From: a virus | DNA: 47,800 nucleotides | Virus genome (UHGV): UHGV-0066790 | Strand: one strand, 5' to 3' | Position numbers and translations under genes: made by a program | Notes under the pieces: generated by a model | The model's database searches: none | Told to the model about the DNA's origin: nothing | Seen by the model: only the letters and a program-made list of their open reading frames with translations | Part shown: positions 8,520 through 18,118 of the stretch, piece after piece | Layout of the letters: every line of letters starts with the position of its first letter | Numbering within the stretch: position 1 is the stretch's first letter

Positions 8520-9656
8520 CTACTTTGCGATCTTGATGCAGTTTGCTAGGAACTGCACTTCGCTTGTCACCGTAGCCCCCCCAGCGTATACACCTACAAA
8601 ACCTCCAGAAACGCCTGCGTTTGTCGCGATAACTAGCCATGATCCCCCGGCGGGAAGCGTAAAAGAGGTTACGGAAGAGAAGGTTTGGGTCGCGTATACG
8701 CGCATATCGGCAATGCCAGCACTAACGGCATATGCTGCTTCGCACTCAACAGACGCCCTTGTCCCTGCCTGTGTTAAAAAAGAAAAAACGCCATTACTTT
8801 GTAATGCTAAGATGCCGGAATTTCGATTGAGCCAATGGAATCCGATCGCGGGCGCATATGCTATGTCCGATTGCGCGATACCGACCGCGTCGTTTTCTCG
8901 TATTTCAAGAGCACTCGTACTATATCGGGAGGAAGGACTAGGATTATATGTTCCACGAAGGCCGCTGATGCGGCCGGTCATAGCTCCTCCAGACAGAGGC
9001 AGCCTCGCGTTTGCCACAGTCAAAGCGTTGTCCGCCGCGGCTTGTGCCGTTTCCGCCGCAGTGATCCCGGTGCTTCCCCGATCATAAGCCAGTTTGACCG
9101 CTGCAGCCGATGCAGCCGTCGTCGAATCTGTCGAGCTCACGCTGTCGGTCAGCTTCGCCGCGAGAGTCACGTCAGCGGAGAGCGGCCCGCCGCCAGTGAG
9201 CCCCGTTCCGGCGATGACCCTCCGCGAATCTGGAACAAAGTCGCCGGAGACAAAAGATGCAAGCGAAACCCAGTACGCGCGGTTTGCTTGCTGTGCAGGG
9301 TCTTTTGCTCCCACGCCGGACACATCTGGCCCGGAAGGTTGCAACGCGATGTACTCGACATCATCACTACCTTTGACATGAGAGCCCGTGATATAGTTCA
9401 GCGTATCTTGCCACGGGTAGACGCATCCGGATTGTTGGAAAAAGGCGTGTTGACCAAGCAGGTTGAAAAGCGCGTTCATCCATGAACGTTCAACCATGAC
9501 GCCGCCCGCGTCCGGGTCGACCTGCGTGATGAACGGAAAGAGATCTCGGAAAGAGGGAATACCTTGACCCGTGGGGGTCGTTTCAGGGATCTGCACGGTA
9601 TCCGCTGCATATCCCAAGACGTTGGGCATGATGCTAGGCGTTGAGGGAATAGGCAT
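8520..9656 (-). CDS. Tail fiber protein
   Basis: 378 aa with the collar motif VIAGTGLTGGGPLSADVTLA and LPLSGGAMTGRISGL. Ser/Thr/Ala-rich shaft. Confidence 0.75.
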   Translation of the reverse strand: MPIPSTPSIMPNVLGYAADTVQIPETTPTGQGIPSFRDLFPFITQVDPDAGGVMVERSWMNALFNLLGQHAFFQQSGCVYPWQDTLNYITGSHVKGSDDVEYIALQPSGPDVSGVGAKDPAQQANRAYWVSLASFVSGDFVPDSRRVIAGTGLTGGGPLSADVTLAAKLTDSVSSTDSTTAASAAAVKLAYDRGSTGITAAETAQAAADNALTVANARLPLSGGAMTGRISGLRGTYNPSPSSRYSTSALEIRENDAVGIAQSDIAYAPAIGFHWLNRNSGILALQSNGVFSFLTQAGTRASVECEAAYAVSAGIADMRVYATQTFSSVTSFTLPAGGSWLVIATNAGVSGGFVGVYAGGATVTSEVQFLANCIKIAK

Positions 9657-10317
9657 CTACAGGGCCTCCATACGGCTGAAAAACGCCGTTGTTGAAATTC
9701 TGACCGCCGGATCCGGCGAAACCGAAGGTATGTTTCGGGATGACTTGATAGACGTCATAGCCGACGCCCGCAGGCTTTGGGGGAACATCATCGCGCAGGA
9801 GAAGCGCACGCTCGTATGGCTGGAGTTTGAAGCCGATGACGTAGCGTATTTTCATTGTTCCGACATGCACGACGGCAATATGACCGCGATCCGAGAAAAG
9901 CCAATGAACGATCTTGTTCAAATCTAGGAGGCTGCCGTCGGTGATGTTCGAAGCTGCTTTCATCCAGATCAAAAGATGGTATGCGTTATCTTGAAGTATG
10001 AACGTGTTCGATTTGCTCTCATATACAAAAGGGCCGTGCCCAAAGTTGCTGAGGTTTGAACCGGAGAAACCGAACGGCTTGATATCCGTCGCCTCTACTT
10101 CAAGCGTACGCGGGATGGCTACGATGCGCCCCCACACATCAAGCCCCCATCCGAACGCCGTTTCGGGGTCAAAGACGGACTCATAGAACGCCGCAATATC
10201 CGCTGTGGGCTCAATGGCGGCATTCATCGATTCGATGAGCGCCAGCAGCCGCTCCGAGTTATCGTATTGCGAAAGGAGCGTTTCGCGCCAGTTATCCACG
10301 GCCCGACCTCGCTTCAA
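9634..10317 (-). CDS. Baseplate/tail protein (P2 gpI / DUF2313 XkdU-like)
   Basis: Position between the baseplate J gene and the fiber. Motif FDPETAFGWGLDVWGRI resembles gpI/XkdU. Start codon is TTG in the track. Confidence 0.45.
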   Translation of the reverse strand: MKRGRAVDNWRETLLSQYDNSERLLALIESMNAAIEPTADIAAFYESVFDPETAFGWGLDVWGRIVAIPRTLEVEATDIKPFGFSGSNLSNFGHGPFVYESKSNTFILQDNAYHLLIWMKAASNITDGSLLDLNKIVHWLFSDRGHIAVVHVGTMKIRYVIGFKLQPYERALLLRDDVPPKPAGVGYDVYQVIPKHTFGFAGSGGQNFNNGVFQPYGGPVDAYSLNA

Positions 10318-11545
10318 TGATGGTTACAGTGACGTTATCGGAGACGAGCGTGGGGACTTCATCTATATTAATGGTGATGTAGTCGCCCCACGTTGGCGAA
10401 CCTTCACCGACGGGCGCCGCGATTTCGACGCTCACCAAGTCGGTAACGCCCGTTCCGAGCACTGCGGAATAAAAGCGGCTGGCATACACCGTATCCCCGA
10501 TATGAACGCGCTGGCCCGTATTCCCGCAGGCGTCGGCGGTTTCTCCGTAGAACTCGGCGACAACGGCGGACTTGATGAGCTCTTCGACGTTGCTCGGCAT
10601 TGAGGCATTTTTGCGGATAGTCACCTGAATGCCCACCGGGAGCGATTCCGGGCGCTCAAAGAGCACTGTTTCGACCGCTCCGGTTACAGGATCAGTCACA
10701 GTGACTCTGGTGTTGCCGTTGTAATCACATCCGGCGGAACAACGGGCGTAAATGGCCTCAGCGATATCATTATCCGTCGCGCTGCCGACGACCGCCACAT
10801 AGATTGAGTGCGGCTTGAGCGTGACGCCCTGCACTTCAAGCGGCGCGCTGGTTTTGTTCTCGCGCACACAGACATCAAGCACGCCATCCAGATCGCCGAC
10901 GTTGGCATAGACGGCGGCGGCAATGCTCCGGGCGTTCTTCGCGACGCTAGCGTAGCGCCGGGACTCGAACGCGGCCCGGCTCTCGACGTTTTGCCCAGTA
11001 ATCCCGGCTTCATTGGTGATCGTGTCCCATCCGGGGATAGTACGCACGATCGTGGTCACGGTTCCCTGCCGGATTTCAATAGGCCCCGGAACCTGACAGG
11101 CAAAATCAAGGATGATCCTGCCGGATTGGGGGATCGTCCCCCCCGTCTGACAGACCAAAATGTTCCCGTCCGCATCTTTTGCAAGCGCCGGGGCTTCGCT
11201 GCCGATGCCGGGGATGACGGTGCCGGGAAGCCCCGTACAAGTACAGGGTACGACCGTGGAACGGGCGGGCTGTCGGGTCAGAAAGTAAATTTTGGCGAGC
11301 GCGTCTTGATAGATGCCTTCCGCAGTCTCGGGGTTAAACATGTTCGAGAGGAACAAAAGCTGGCTGTTCTTGTCCTGCACGATGGACGTTTCGGACGTGA
11401 TGAGCTGTCCCTGCGGCGTTGCCGGGTCCGGGTTCAGCCGATTGTCAAAGGCCGCCTGCCAGTCCTGTTCCACAGCATCCCGGACGATCGCGGTATCGGG
11501 TACGATCGGGCCGTTTTCGGTAAAATCGATGCTAGACTGTGACAT
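10292..11545 (-). CDS. Baseplate J-like protein
   Basis: 417 aa with a gpJ/gp47-like central region, in the conserved order V-W-J-I-fiber. Confidence 0.55.
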   Translation of the reverse strand: MSQSSIDFTENGPIVPDTAIVRDAVEQDWQAAFDNRLNPDPATPQGQLITSETSIVQDKNSQLLFLSNMFNPETAEGIYQDALAKIYFLTRQPARSTVVPCTCTGLPGTVIPGIGSEAPALAKDADGNILVCQTGGTIPQSGRIILDFACQVPGPIEIRQGTVTTIVRTIPGWDTITNEAGITGQNVESRAAFESRRYASVAKNARSIAAAVYANVGDLDGVLDVCVRENKTSAPLEVQGVTLKPHSIYVAVVGSATDNDIAEAIYARCSAGCDYNGNTRVTVTDPVTGAVETVLFERPESLPVGIQVTIRKNASMPSNVEELIKSAVVAEFYGETADACGNTGQRVHIGDTVYASRFYSAVLGTGVTDLVSVEIAAPVGEGSPTWGDYITINIDEVPTLVSDNVTVTIIEARSGRG

Positions 11546-11966
11546 CTGCGGTTTCCCCCGTTTCCGTGGTGATGCGGATTGTTCCGGTCAAAACGCGGCG
11601 GTCAAGCCGGGAAAGCTGCGTATTCGCCTGCGCTACGCCGGGGACCTCAAGCGCGCGGGCATTCGAGCGCGCCCGCACGAGCTCGGCGGGAGGGAGGGCC
11701 CCAATCTCACGCATGAAATATGGAATGCCATCTTGCTGCGCGTAGTACGGTTCCCCCTGAAATGTCCGCACGTACGATGCGACGTCTTGCACGATGCGTA
11801 CAGTTCCCCCTGCCGAAGCAAGGTTACCCCCTGCGGAGAGCGTCAAATCCCACTGTTCATCAAGACGTAAGGATAGGAGCCCCGGATCTACCACTTCTGC
11901 AGATGATTGCACTTCATCACGAATATTGGATAACGCGCGTACGTTCAAAACCGTTCGGAAATTCAT
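11532..11966 (-). CDS. Baseplate wedge protein (gpW/gp25-like)
   Basis: 144 aa with a GEPYYAQQDGIPYF motif resembling the gp25/W GExxxxPxFG signature. Immediately upstream of J. Confidence 0.4.
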   Translation of the reverse strand: MNFRTVLNVRALSNIRDEVQSSAEVVDPGLLSLRLDEQWDLTLSAGGNLASAGGTVRIVQDVASYVRTFQGEPYYAQQDGIPYFMREIGALPPAELVRARSNARALEVPGVAQANTQLSRLDRRVLTGTIRITTETGETADVTV

Positions 11967-12727
11967 GATATTTTCTCATCTGCAAGCCGGGCCTGTGCAG
12001 CGGCGACAAGCGTCGCTATGTCCCGCCATTCTCCATCGCCACAGAGCACGTAGGTGGCTTGCCCGGCGGCTGCTGGCGGAACAAGGCCGCTGGTTCCGGC
12101 GGTCGATACCGTCGCGCCTTCGTACTCGGGAACGGAGATGATCCCGTTGTTGACGGTGAGGCCGTCGCCGACCTGGGAAGATGTGATGAACTGCGTCCAG
12201 ACAGACCAAGATGAACTCGCCATTCTATACTGGCGGATAAAAACCAAGTCGGCTACAGACGAATAATTGTAAGCAATCTGAAACAGATTTTTGGTGATTG
12301 CTCCTTTAACACTTCGAACCACCTGCAAAAAGAAAGCCTGATTTTTCCGAGGGGCGTTCACGCTCCCTGTGGCATTTATCAGATAAAGACCTGCTTCAGT
12401 GACGGTATTAAAATCCACGTTGTTTCCAAGTTCTCTTGCGGGCCCAATCTGCCCCCGCGCGCTCGCCAGATCCCCGAGATTCCCACCAATCGCCACATCT
12501 TTCACGGTGATCACGCCGCCCGCGTCGGCCCGCGTGGTCTTCCCGTCGACAAGGTTTGATGCTTGAGCACGCTCAAGTGCCTCATTTGCCGTGGTTTGTG
12601 CCGCACTTGCCGCCGTCGACGCTGCACCAGCCGCAGCCGATACTTGCTGAAAGAACTGTGTGGTTTGTCTCTCGAATTCGCTTCCGGAAAGCGGCCCTGT
12701 CGGGGGCTGGTACTGAAAATCAGGCAT
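11963..12727 (-). CDS. Tail/baseplate protein of unknown function
   Basis: Strong RBS GGGGAGGTG. 254 aa inserted between spike and W, Ala/Gly/Thr-rich with a C-terminal GDGEWRD motif. Confidence 0.45.
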   Translation of the reverse strand: MPDFQYQPPTGPLSGSEFERQTTQFFQQVSAAAGAASTAASAAQTTANEALERAQASNLVDGKTTRADAGGVITVKDVAIGGNLGDLASARGQIGPARELGNNVDFNTVTEAGLYLINATGSVNAPRKNQAFFLQVVRSVKGAITKNLFQIAYNYSSVADLVFIRQYRMASSSWSVWTQFITSSQVGDGLTVNNGIISVPEYEGATVSTAGTSGLVPPAAAGQATYVLCGDGEWRDIATLVAAAQARLADEKIS

Positions 12728-12739
12728 AACACCTCCCCG

Positions 12740-13462
12740 TTACTGTGGTTGTCCGGATATGCCGGAACCGGGCTCAACCCCGGTATGAACATGGGTTTCC
12801 AAGACCTTACCGTTGCTCTCAACCGTCCCTCCCGCGTTCGTGAGGCCGCCGGAGAACCGGGCCGGACCGCCGTCGCCCTGTGCCGTGCCCGTCCATGTTA
12901 GAGAGCCGTTGATGCGCACGTCGGCGTTGATGGTGAGTCCATTTTCCGCCGTCAGGACGGAAGTTTCCCCGTGCATCGTCAGTTTGGCCACTCCTTCGAT
13001 GGTGACGCCCTCGTCGTCGACCAGCACATAGCGTTCAGGCGCGGCGTTCAAGAAGCCTCCGAGATAGAAACCGTCGCCTTTGCTCATGGCGCGGGCTGAC
13101 CCCGGATTGACGTTTCCATCCTTCCCCCGGCTTTCCTTGAGCGATTCCGTGTCGCGCATGGCGTAGACGGCGAGGCCGATGTCACCCGGCTGCGGGTCGA
13201 TGACGAGGGCGTTTTTTCCGCCTTGAATGCGTAGGTACGGGAGCTTGAAGAGCACGCTCTGCTCCTGCGCCTTCTGTTCGCCCGTCACCAAGTTGATGAG
13301 GGGTTGCACGTCGACGAAGCCTACCGGAGAGACGCCCGAGCCGGAGACGGCGACAACGCGCACGGGTTCCGCCGTGGCGATGCGCCCGAGCATCTGGCTG
13401 ATCATGAAGTCCTGCGCGTTGTACTCGCTGGAATTTGTCGAGAGGCCGCGTTGTCCCTGCAT
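12740..13462 (-). CDS. Baseplate spike/assembly protein V
   Basis: N-terminal OB domain AEPVRVVAV...LPYLRIQGGKNALVIDPQPGDIGLAVY and C-terminal ETHVHTGVEPGSGISGQP, typical of gpV/gp45. Confidence 0.6.
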   Translation of the reverse strand: MQGQRGLSTNSSEYNAQDFMISQMLGRIATAEPVRVVAVSGSGVSPVGFVDVQPLINLVTGEQKAQEQSVLFKLPYLRIQGGKNALVIDPQPGDIGLAVYAMRDTESLKESRGKDGNVNPGSARAMSKGDGFYLGGFLNAAPERYVLVDDEGVTIEGVAKLTMHGETSVLTAENGLTINADVRINGSLTWTGTAQGDGGPARFSGGLTNAGGTVESNGKVLETHVHTGVEPGSGISGQPQ

Positions 13463-14364
13463 TATTTCTTGTCCTTCTTCGGCTTCGCGCCGGGATAGCT
13501 TGCCTTGACCTGACTCACCCACTGCGTTGCGCCGGGATAGCCTGCCTGCAATTTGTGGCTCAGGCTCACGACCTGCCAGAGGCCTGATGCGCGAGGGACG
13601 ATGCTCTCGATGCGCACCGGGCCGCCAAGCTGGAGCTTCGGCTCGTAGATGCCTTTCACCGTCACGCCCTCGTTATCGAAGCTCGGATAGCCAATCATGC
13701 CGCTTTTCGCGGACCAGACGGGCGTCGAGCCGCCGTCATCGCTGCGAAGCGTCGCAAGTGGGGAGATGACCATCTCGCCATCGTCCACGATGAGGTCAAT
13801 ACGGGCATCGTGGGCAAGCTGCTGCGCCTGTTCCATCGGGCCCCCGACGATAGCGACATTGCGAAGGGAAACGGACACGCCTCTGTTGACGAAAGCGAGC
13901 CCCATTTGCTTCGCAAGCCCCTGCATGAGCGTGGCAATGTCCTGCGAGCCCTGCGCCGTCAACGGCGGCACGGGCGTAATGCTGGCGACGTATCCCGTGA
14001 TGCACTCAATATCGAAAGAGGGATCAGGGGCGGAATTGAAGTTCGGGACGGCGCTCACGATATCGCCGGAGAATGCTAGCGACATCCCGTGCTCTTCATC
14101 GCCCGCGTACACGGCAATGCGGTTTTTCGACGCCTGCAACGGCTTGAACGCCAGCGTCGTCAGCGTCTCCATATCAGCCAATGGCATGTTGAAAATTTTG
14201 ACCTTGGCCTTGTTCTTCTCTTTCCCGCCGGGCTTCTGGATGTCCACATCCATGCCGAGCCGGATGATCTTTGTGTTCGCACCTTGCCCGGTAGCCGTGT
14301 TGAAGCCGCCCTTGGCGAGCGTAATGTGCGCTTCAAGCAGCTTTTTGGTGAAGCTCGTGTTCAC
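13462..14364 (-). CDS. Baseplate hub-like tail protein
   Basis: 300 aa. Position between the tape-measure-distal genes and the spike. Confidence 0.4.
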   Translation of the reverse strand: MNTSFTKKLLEAHITLAKGGFNTATGQGANTKIIRLGMDVDIQKPGGKEKNKAKVKIFNMPLADMETLTTLAFKPLQASKNRIAVYAGDEEHGMSLAFSGDIVSAVPNFNSAPDPSFDIECITGYVASITPVPPLTAQGSQDIATLMQGLAKQMGLAFVNRGVSVSLRNVAIVGGPMEQAQQLAHDARIDLIVDDGEMVISPLATLRSDDGGSTPVWSAKSGMIGYPSFDNEGVTVKGIYEPKLQLGGPVRIESIVPRASGLWQVVSLSHKLQAGYPGATQWVSQVKASYPGAKPKKDKK

Positions 14365-14663
14365 AGCGTTTCCCCTTCTTCGACATAAACGAGCTGGAAT
14401 CGGTTGCCGAGGCCCGACCAGTGCGGATCCTCTTCGCCTTGCATATCGACAAAGTAGAGCTGCCCCCGGAAGGCGAGATAGTCGTACAGCTTCAAGCCGA
14501 CGAGGTTGCGGCAGATGAACCCAGACCAGATGACCGTCTGGTCAATGGCAAGGTCGCAGTACAGGTTCACGCCTCGGGAGATAAACCGGAGGGTGCAGTT
14601 CTGTTCCCCAAGCACGATCTGGAGGCTCTGGTTCGGCTCCTGTCGGAGCGGTACGGTCATCAT
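14361..14663 (-). CDS. Small tail protein (XkdR-like position)
   Basis: 100-aa ORF coupled on both sides within the tail operon. Confidence 0.4.
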   Translation of the reverse strand: MMTVPLRQEPNQSLQIVLGEQNCTLRFISRGVNLYCDLAIDQTVIWSGFICRNLVGLKLYDYLAFRGQLYFVDMQGEEDPHWSGLGNRFQLVYVEEGETL

Positions 14664-15217
14664 CCGAAAATCCCCTCGCCTAGCTTTTTCAGTGTGCTTT
14701 TTTGCGTCGTCTGCCCCTGTTGTTTCCCGGCATCCGTGGTGCTTGCGTCGGTCGGATTCTTTGCCTGCGCTTTACTGATTGGCTTTATCGTTTCGTTGCT
14801 GTACTGCGGATCGACCTGCCGGATCTCTTGCAGCATGATCCCCACAAGCAGCCTGTCCACACCGTTTTCGGCCTTACGGTCGTAGTCGTAGGAGACGAGG
14901 TTGTAGTCGAGAAACGTCTTTTCCGGGGTGACGATGCTCACGAGGTCGGTGCTGTCCGCCAGCTTGTCCAGCGCCGTCAGAAACGCCGCAAGCTCGTCGC
15001 TCTTCCCCGTGCGGCCCAGCACGACCGACACCGCCGTGGGAGAAGCGACCTTGTTGTAATCCGCGAAACTCCCTTTCTCGACGGGGTTGGAGCTGATTTT
15101 GTTCTCGGCCTTGATCGAGCAGGAAAAGAACGTGTCGAAGTCGAGGGCCTTGGCGTCGTCTTTATCGAAAATCGACCAGTTGCCGGGCTGTCCCGGCGGG
15201 AGCGCGCCGAATGCCAT
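14660..15217 (-). CDS. Tail protein downstream of the tape measure
   Basis: ATG (MAFGALPPG...) 1 nt after the tape-measure TGA. 185 aa. Confidence 0.45.
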   Translation of the reverse strand: MAFGALPPGQPGNWSIFDKDDAKALDFDTFFSCSIKAENKISSNPVEKGSFADYNKVASPTAVSVVLGRTGKSDELAAFLTALDKLADSTDLVSIVTPEKTFLDYNLVSYDYDRKAENGVDRLLVGIMLQEIRQVDPQYSNETIKPISKAQAKNPTDASTTDAGKQQGQTTQKSTLKKLGEGIFG

Positions 15218-15218
15218 G

Positions 15219-17027
15219 TCAGTACCCGAATGCGCTGTCTGCTTGCGCAGTTTGATTACGAAGTGCCGGAACCACTCCTTGGGCCATCCCTTCCGCATCC
15301 GTAGCCTGTGTGTAGACCTTGACCTCACCCACATGGGTGGTTGACGTCATCTGACGCGAATTGTTGACGTTGCTCACGCTTCCCGGACGCGCATCCCCGG
15401 CGCGCACCTGCGGCGGCAGAATAGACGGGCGGACATCATCAACCCGCATCGAATCGGCGACGCCGCCGGGCTTGGACTCGGCCTTCGTTTCTTCCGGTCG
15501 CGAAGACTCATCGCCGCCGAGCCAGTCCTTGATCCAGTCGGGAAGCAAATTGTAGAGCTTCTGGGCTACCCAGTTCAGCATTTCGACAAGCACATCATTG
15601 ATTTTGGAGATGCCTCCCCAGATCGTTTTGAGGGCTTCGATAACGCCTTTTCCGTCCAGCGTAAGAACGGAGTTGAAGAGCTTGGCGACCCCCGAAAGGG
15701 CATCCCAGACGCCCCCGAGGATACTTTTGATGCCTTCCCAAATAGCCTTGAAACGAGCCCCGATTTCATCGCCAGTTCCGAACATCGACCAGAGCCCGGA
15801 AAGTGCAGATTCTCCGCCGTTGATGTAGGTAATGAGATCGTCGACAACCAGCGCGATCGCGCCGATGCCCGCAATCAACGGCGTAAACGGGGCAATCGCA
15901 GCCCATGCCGCCGTCGCCATCGCGGTCAGGGCCGGGAGCATGAGCGTCGTAATGACCCCGGCTAACGCCGTAAAGAAGACGATCACGAACTGCTTGTTTT
16001 CTTTCACCCACCCGAGGAGATCGCCGAGCAGGTTCGTCAAAAACGTGATCGCAGGGGAGACGGTGCTGGCGAAAAGGGCTGAGATGGCCTCCCATGCGTC
16101 ATTGAGCCGCTGCTGCGCCTCCCGTTGCTTCTTCGCGTTTTCGATGTCCTGCTTGCTGTAGATGGCTTGAGCCTTCTGGACTTTCAGAAGATCCTCAATC
16201 CCTTTGCGGCCCTTGAGGATGAGCGGGATGGTTTTTTCGTCGAAGCCGATCTGCGTGAGGATCGAGGTCGCCTTCTGGCGGCCGATTTTTGACGTGGCGT
16301 CGGAGAGACGAAGGAGTCCTTCTTCAAAGGAAACGGCCTTCCCTTTCGCATCCGTGAAGCTCACCCCTAGGTCTTTGGTCGCGTCCTTAAGCGGCCCGGA
16401 GTCGTGCAAAATGAGATCCTGCATCCAGTCGCCCAAATCCATGAACCGTGTCGAAAGCTCTTCGGCGTCAACCCCAGCGGCGGCTGCCGTCCGTTGCCAT
16501 GCCTGCCAATCTTCAATGCTCATGCCGAGCGCATCCGAAGTCTTCTCAATAGCCTGAGCCTGCTCGTAATACTGCGCTATGGAGCTTTTCAGGATTGAGA
16601 CACCGCCGATGACTGCGAGGGCCTGCGCTGCCACGCTCTTGAGCCGTTCAAAGCCAAACGCGCCTTTGTCCGCCGCGTCTTCCAGCGAAACGCCCAATCT
16701 TTTCGCGGCGGCATCAAGGGCCTCAAGACGTTCTTTTGCCGCTCCGGTGCGGATAAGCTCCTCGCGCATCCGCTGATACTCTTTCGTAACCTCACTGATT
16801 TCGCGGCCTTTTTGCACGGCTTCCTCGAAGGCGGCTTGCAACGAAGAGGCGGCATCGGCAGACTGGCCAAGACCTTGGGCCCCCTTGACGCCTGCGTCAT
16901 ATGTCGCGCGCCCCGCGTCAACGGCTGCGGCCTGCACGCCGTCCAGTCCTTTTTGGGCGTTCTGCACTTGAGCTTTGAAAGCCCCTGCGGAGAGGATGAG
17001 GGAAACGACGAGTTCACCTGCGTTCAT
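15219..17027 (-). CDS. Tail tape measure protein
   Basis: 602 aa, Ala/Gln-rich coiled coil with a central hydrophobic segment (FVIVFFTALAGVITTLMLPALTAMATAAWAAIAPFTPLIAGIGAIALVV). Located after the chaperone. Confidence 0.8.
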   Translation of the reverse strand: MNAGELVVSLILSAGAFKAQVQNAQKGLDGVQAAAVDAGRATYDAGVKGAQGLGQSADAASSLQAAFEEAVQKGREISEVTKEYQRMREELIRTGAAKERLEALDAAAKRLGVSLEDAADKGAFGFERLKSVAAQALAVIGGVSILKSSIAQYYEQAQAIEKTSDALGMSIEDWQAWQRTAAAAGVDAEELSTRFMDLGDWMQDLILHDSGPLKDATKDLGVSFTDAKGKAVSFEEGLLRLSDATSKIGRQKATSILTQIGFDEKTIPLILKGRKGIEDLLKVQKAQAIYSKQDIENAKKQREAQQRLNDAWEAISALFASTVSPAITFLTNLLGDLLGWVKENKQFVIVFFTALAGVITTLMLPALTAMATAAWAAIAPFTPLIAGIGAIALVVDDLITYINGGESALSGLWSMFGTGDEIGARFKAIWEGIKSILGGVWDALSGVAKLFNSVLTLDGKGVIEALKTIWGGISKINDVLVEMLNWVAQKLYNLLPDWIKDWLGGDESSRPEETKAESKPGGVADSMRVDDVRPSILPPQVRAGDARPGSVSNVNNSRQMTSTTHVGEVKVYTQATDAEGMAQGVVPALRNQTAQADSAFGY

Positions 17028-17277
17028 GGAATTTGCTCCAGAGGCGTTGGTTGTGGCCGTCCACGGCGATGATTTCTAGCATCTCGTAAGCATCGGACAG
17101 GCCGTATACTGTCTGCATCTCGTGCAGCGTCGCGAGGTTCCGGCTTACCGGGATGCCGACGCATCCGGGGAGGTTTGCGTAGTCCCGGAGCCCGAGGGGT
17201 TGAGAATCTGCAACAGGCGGGAGGTCAAGTCCTCGCCGCCCTGCAAAAAATCCAGACAGACGGCGATGGCCTCCCAA
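17014..17277 (-). CDS. Tail assembly chaperone frameshift extension (GT-like)
   Basis: The -1 frame relative to G overlaps 17145..17277 and terminates inside the tape-measure start codon region (stop TGA within ATGAACGCAGGTGA). Confidence 0.5.
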   Translation of the reverse strand: MGGHRRLSGFFAGRRGLDLPPVADSQPLGLRDYANLPGCVGIPVSRNLATLHEMQTVYGLSDAYEMLEIIAVDGHNQRLWSKFHERR

Positions 17278-17654
17278 CGCAGGCGGTAGATCGTGCCCAC
17301 GTCCTCGACATGGGCGTCGAGGTTTTGCGGAGTGAGACGGATAGCATCATCGGGCTTTCCGGGGTTCGGGACGCGGTAGATTTGCCCGAGAAGCTCGTCA
17401 TAGAGCGGTTCGGCCTGTTCCCACCGGAGCCCCGAGAGTCCCCGGAGCCCGGCGGAAAGCAGCGCGGCGGTGTTCGATGACGCTGAAAGCGTTCGGATGT
17501 CGGCGGGCATCTCGGAACCGAAGACGGCGAGCAGCGCACGGGCGGCCCATTTTTCCAGCTTGGTGACGGGCATTTCCTTGACCTTGAAGGTCTTCCCGGC
17601 GTCGCGGCCCTTGTCAATGGAAATGATCTTTTCGTTGAGCATGACGGCCTCCAC
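17145..17654 (-). CDS. Tail assembly chaperone (G-like)
   Basis: Between the tube and tape measure genes. Contains the slippery sequence T TTT TTG. Confidence 0.6.
   Translation of the reverse strand: MEAVMLNEKIISIDKGRDAGKTFKVKEMPVTKLEKWAARALLAVFGSEMPADIRTLSASSNTAALLSAGLRGLSGLRWEQAEPLYDELLGQIYRVPNPGKPDDAIRLTPQNLDAHVEDVGTIYRLRWEAIAVCLDFLQGGEDLTSRLLQILNPSGSGTTQTSPDASASR
17244..17250 (-). promoter_or_regulatory. Programmed -1 ribosomal frameshift slippery heptamer
   Basis: Minus-strand GAT TTT TTG (T TTT TTG) lies in the G frame where the -1 ORF begins to overlap. Confidence 0.45.
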
Positions 17655-17657
17655 GGT

Positions 17658-18107
17658 TTAAAGCGGGCTCGCGGTCCACTGGTCGAAGGTGATGACGAAG
17701 GCGCTCGCTTGCAAGGTCTGAGCGGCGTTGGGGCTGGACTGCACGGAGGTGAGGCCGCCCCGCTTCCCGGTGATCTTCCGGTTGATGCTCGGCATGGCGA
17801 ACTCGGCATTGCAGAGCATCACTTCCCGGGCGGTTTCCTGATACGTCGCCCAATCTTCCATTATCTGACGGCTCGGGCTGTCCGCCGCGAGGGTGATTGT
17901 CACTTCTTTGTTGGTCGGGACCCAACCAAAAGAGGTATGCCCGTCAACGCCCTTTTCCGCGACGACTGGGGTATTCGTGGCGACGCTGACCATCGCGTCG
18001 GTGCTGAACCCCTCGATCTGCACGGGGCTGTCGTAGAGCCCGGGGACCGTCAGGAAAAGCGTGCAATTCGCCGCTGTAATCGTCATGTTGCCGAAGTTGT
18101 CAGCCAT
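17658..18107 (-). CDS. Tail tube protein
   Basis: 149 aa, immediately downstream of the sheath gene. Confidence 0.6.
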   Translation of the reverse strand: MADNFGNMTITAANCTLFLTVPGLYDSPVQIEGFSTDAMVSVATNTPVVAEKGVDGHTSFGWVPTNKEVTITLAADSPSRQIMEDWATYQETAREVMLCNAEFAMPSINRKITGKRGGLTSVQSSPNAAQTLQASAFVITFDQWTASPL

Positions 18108-18118
18108 GTTTTACCTCA

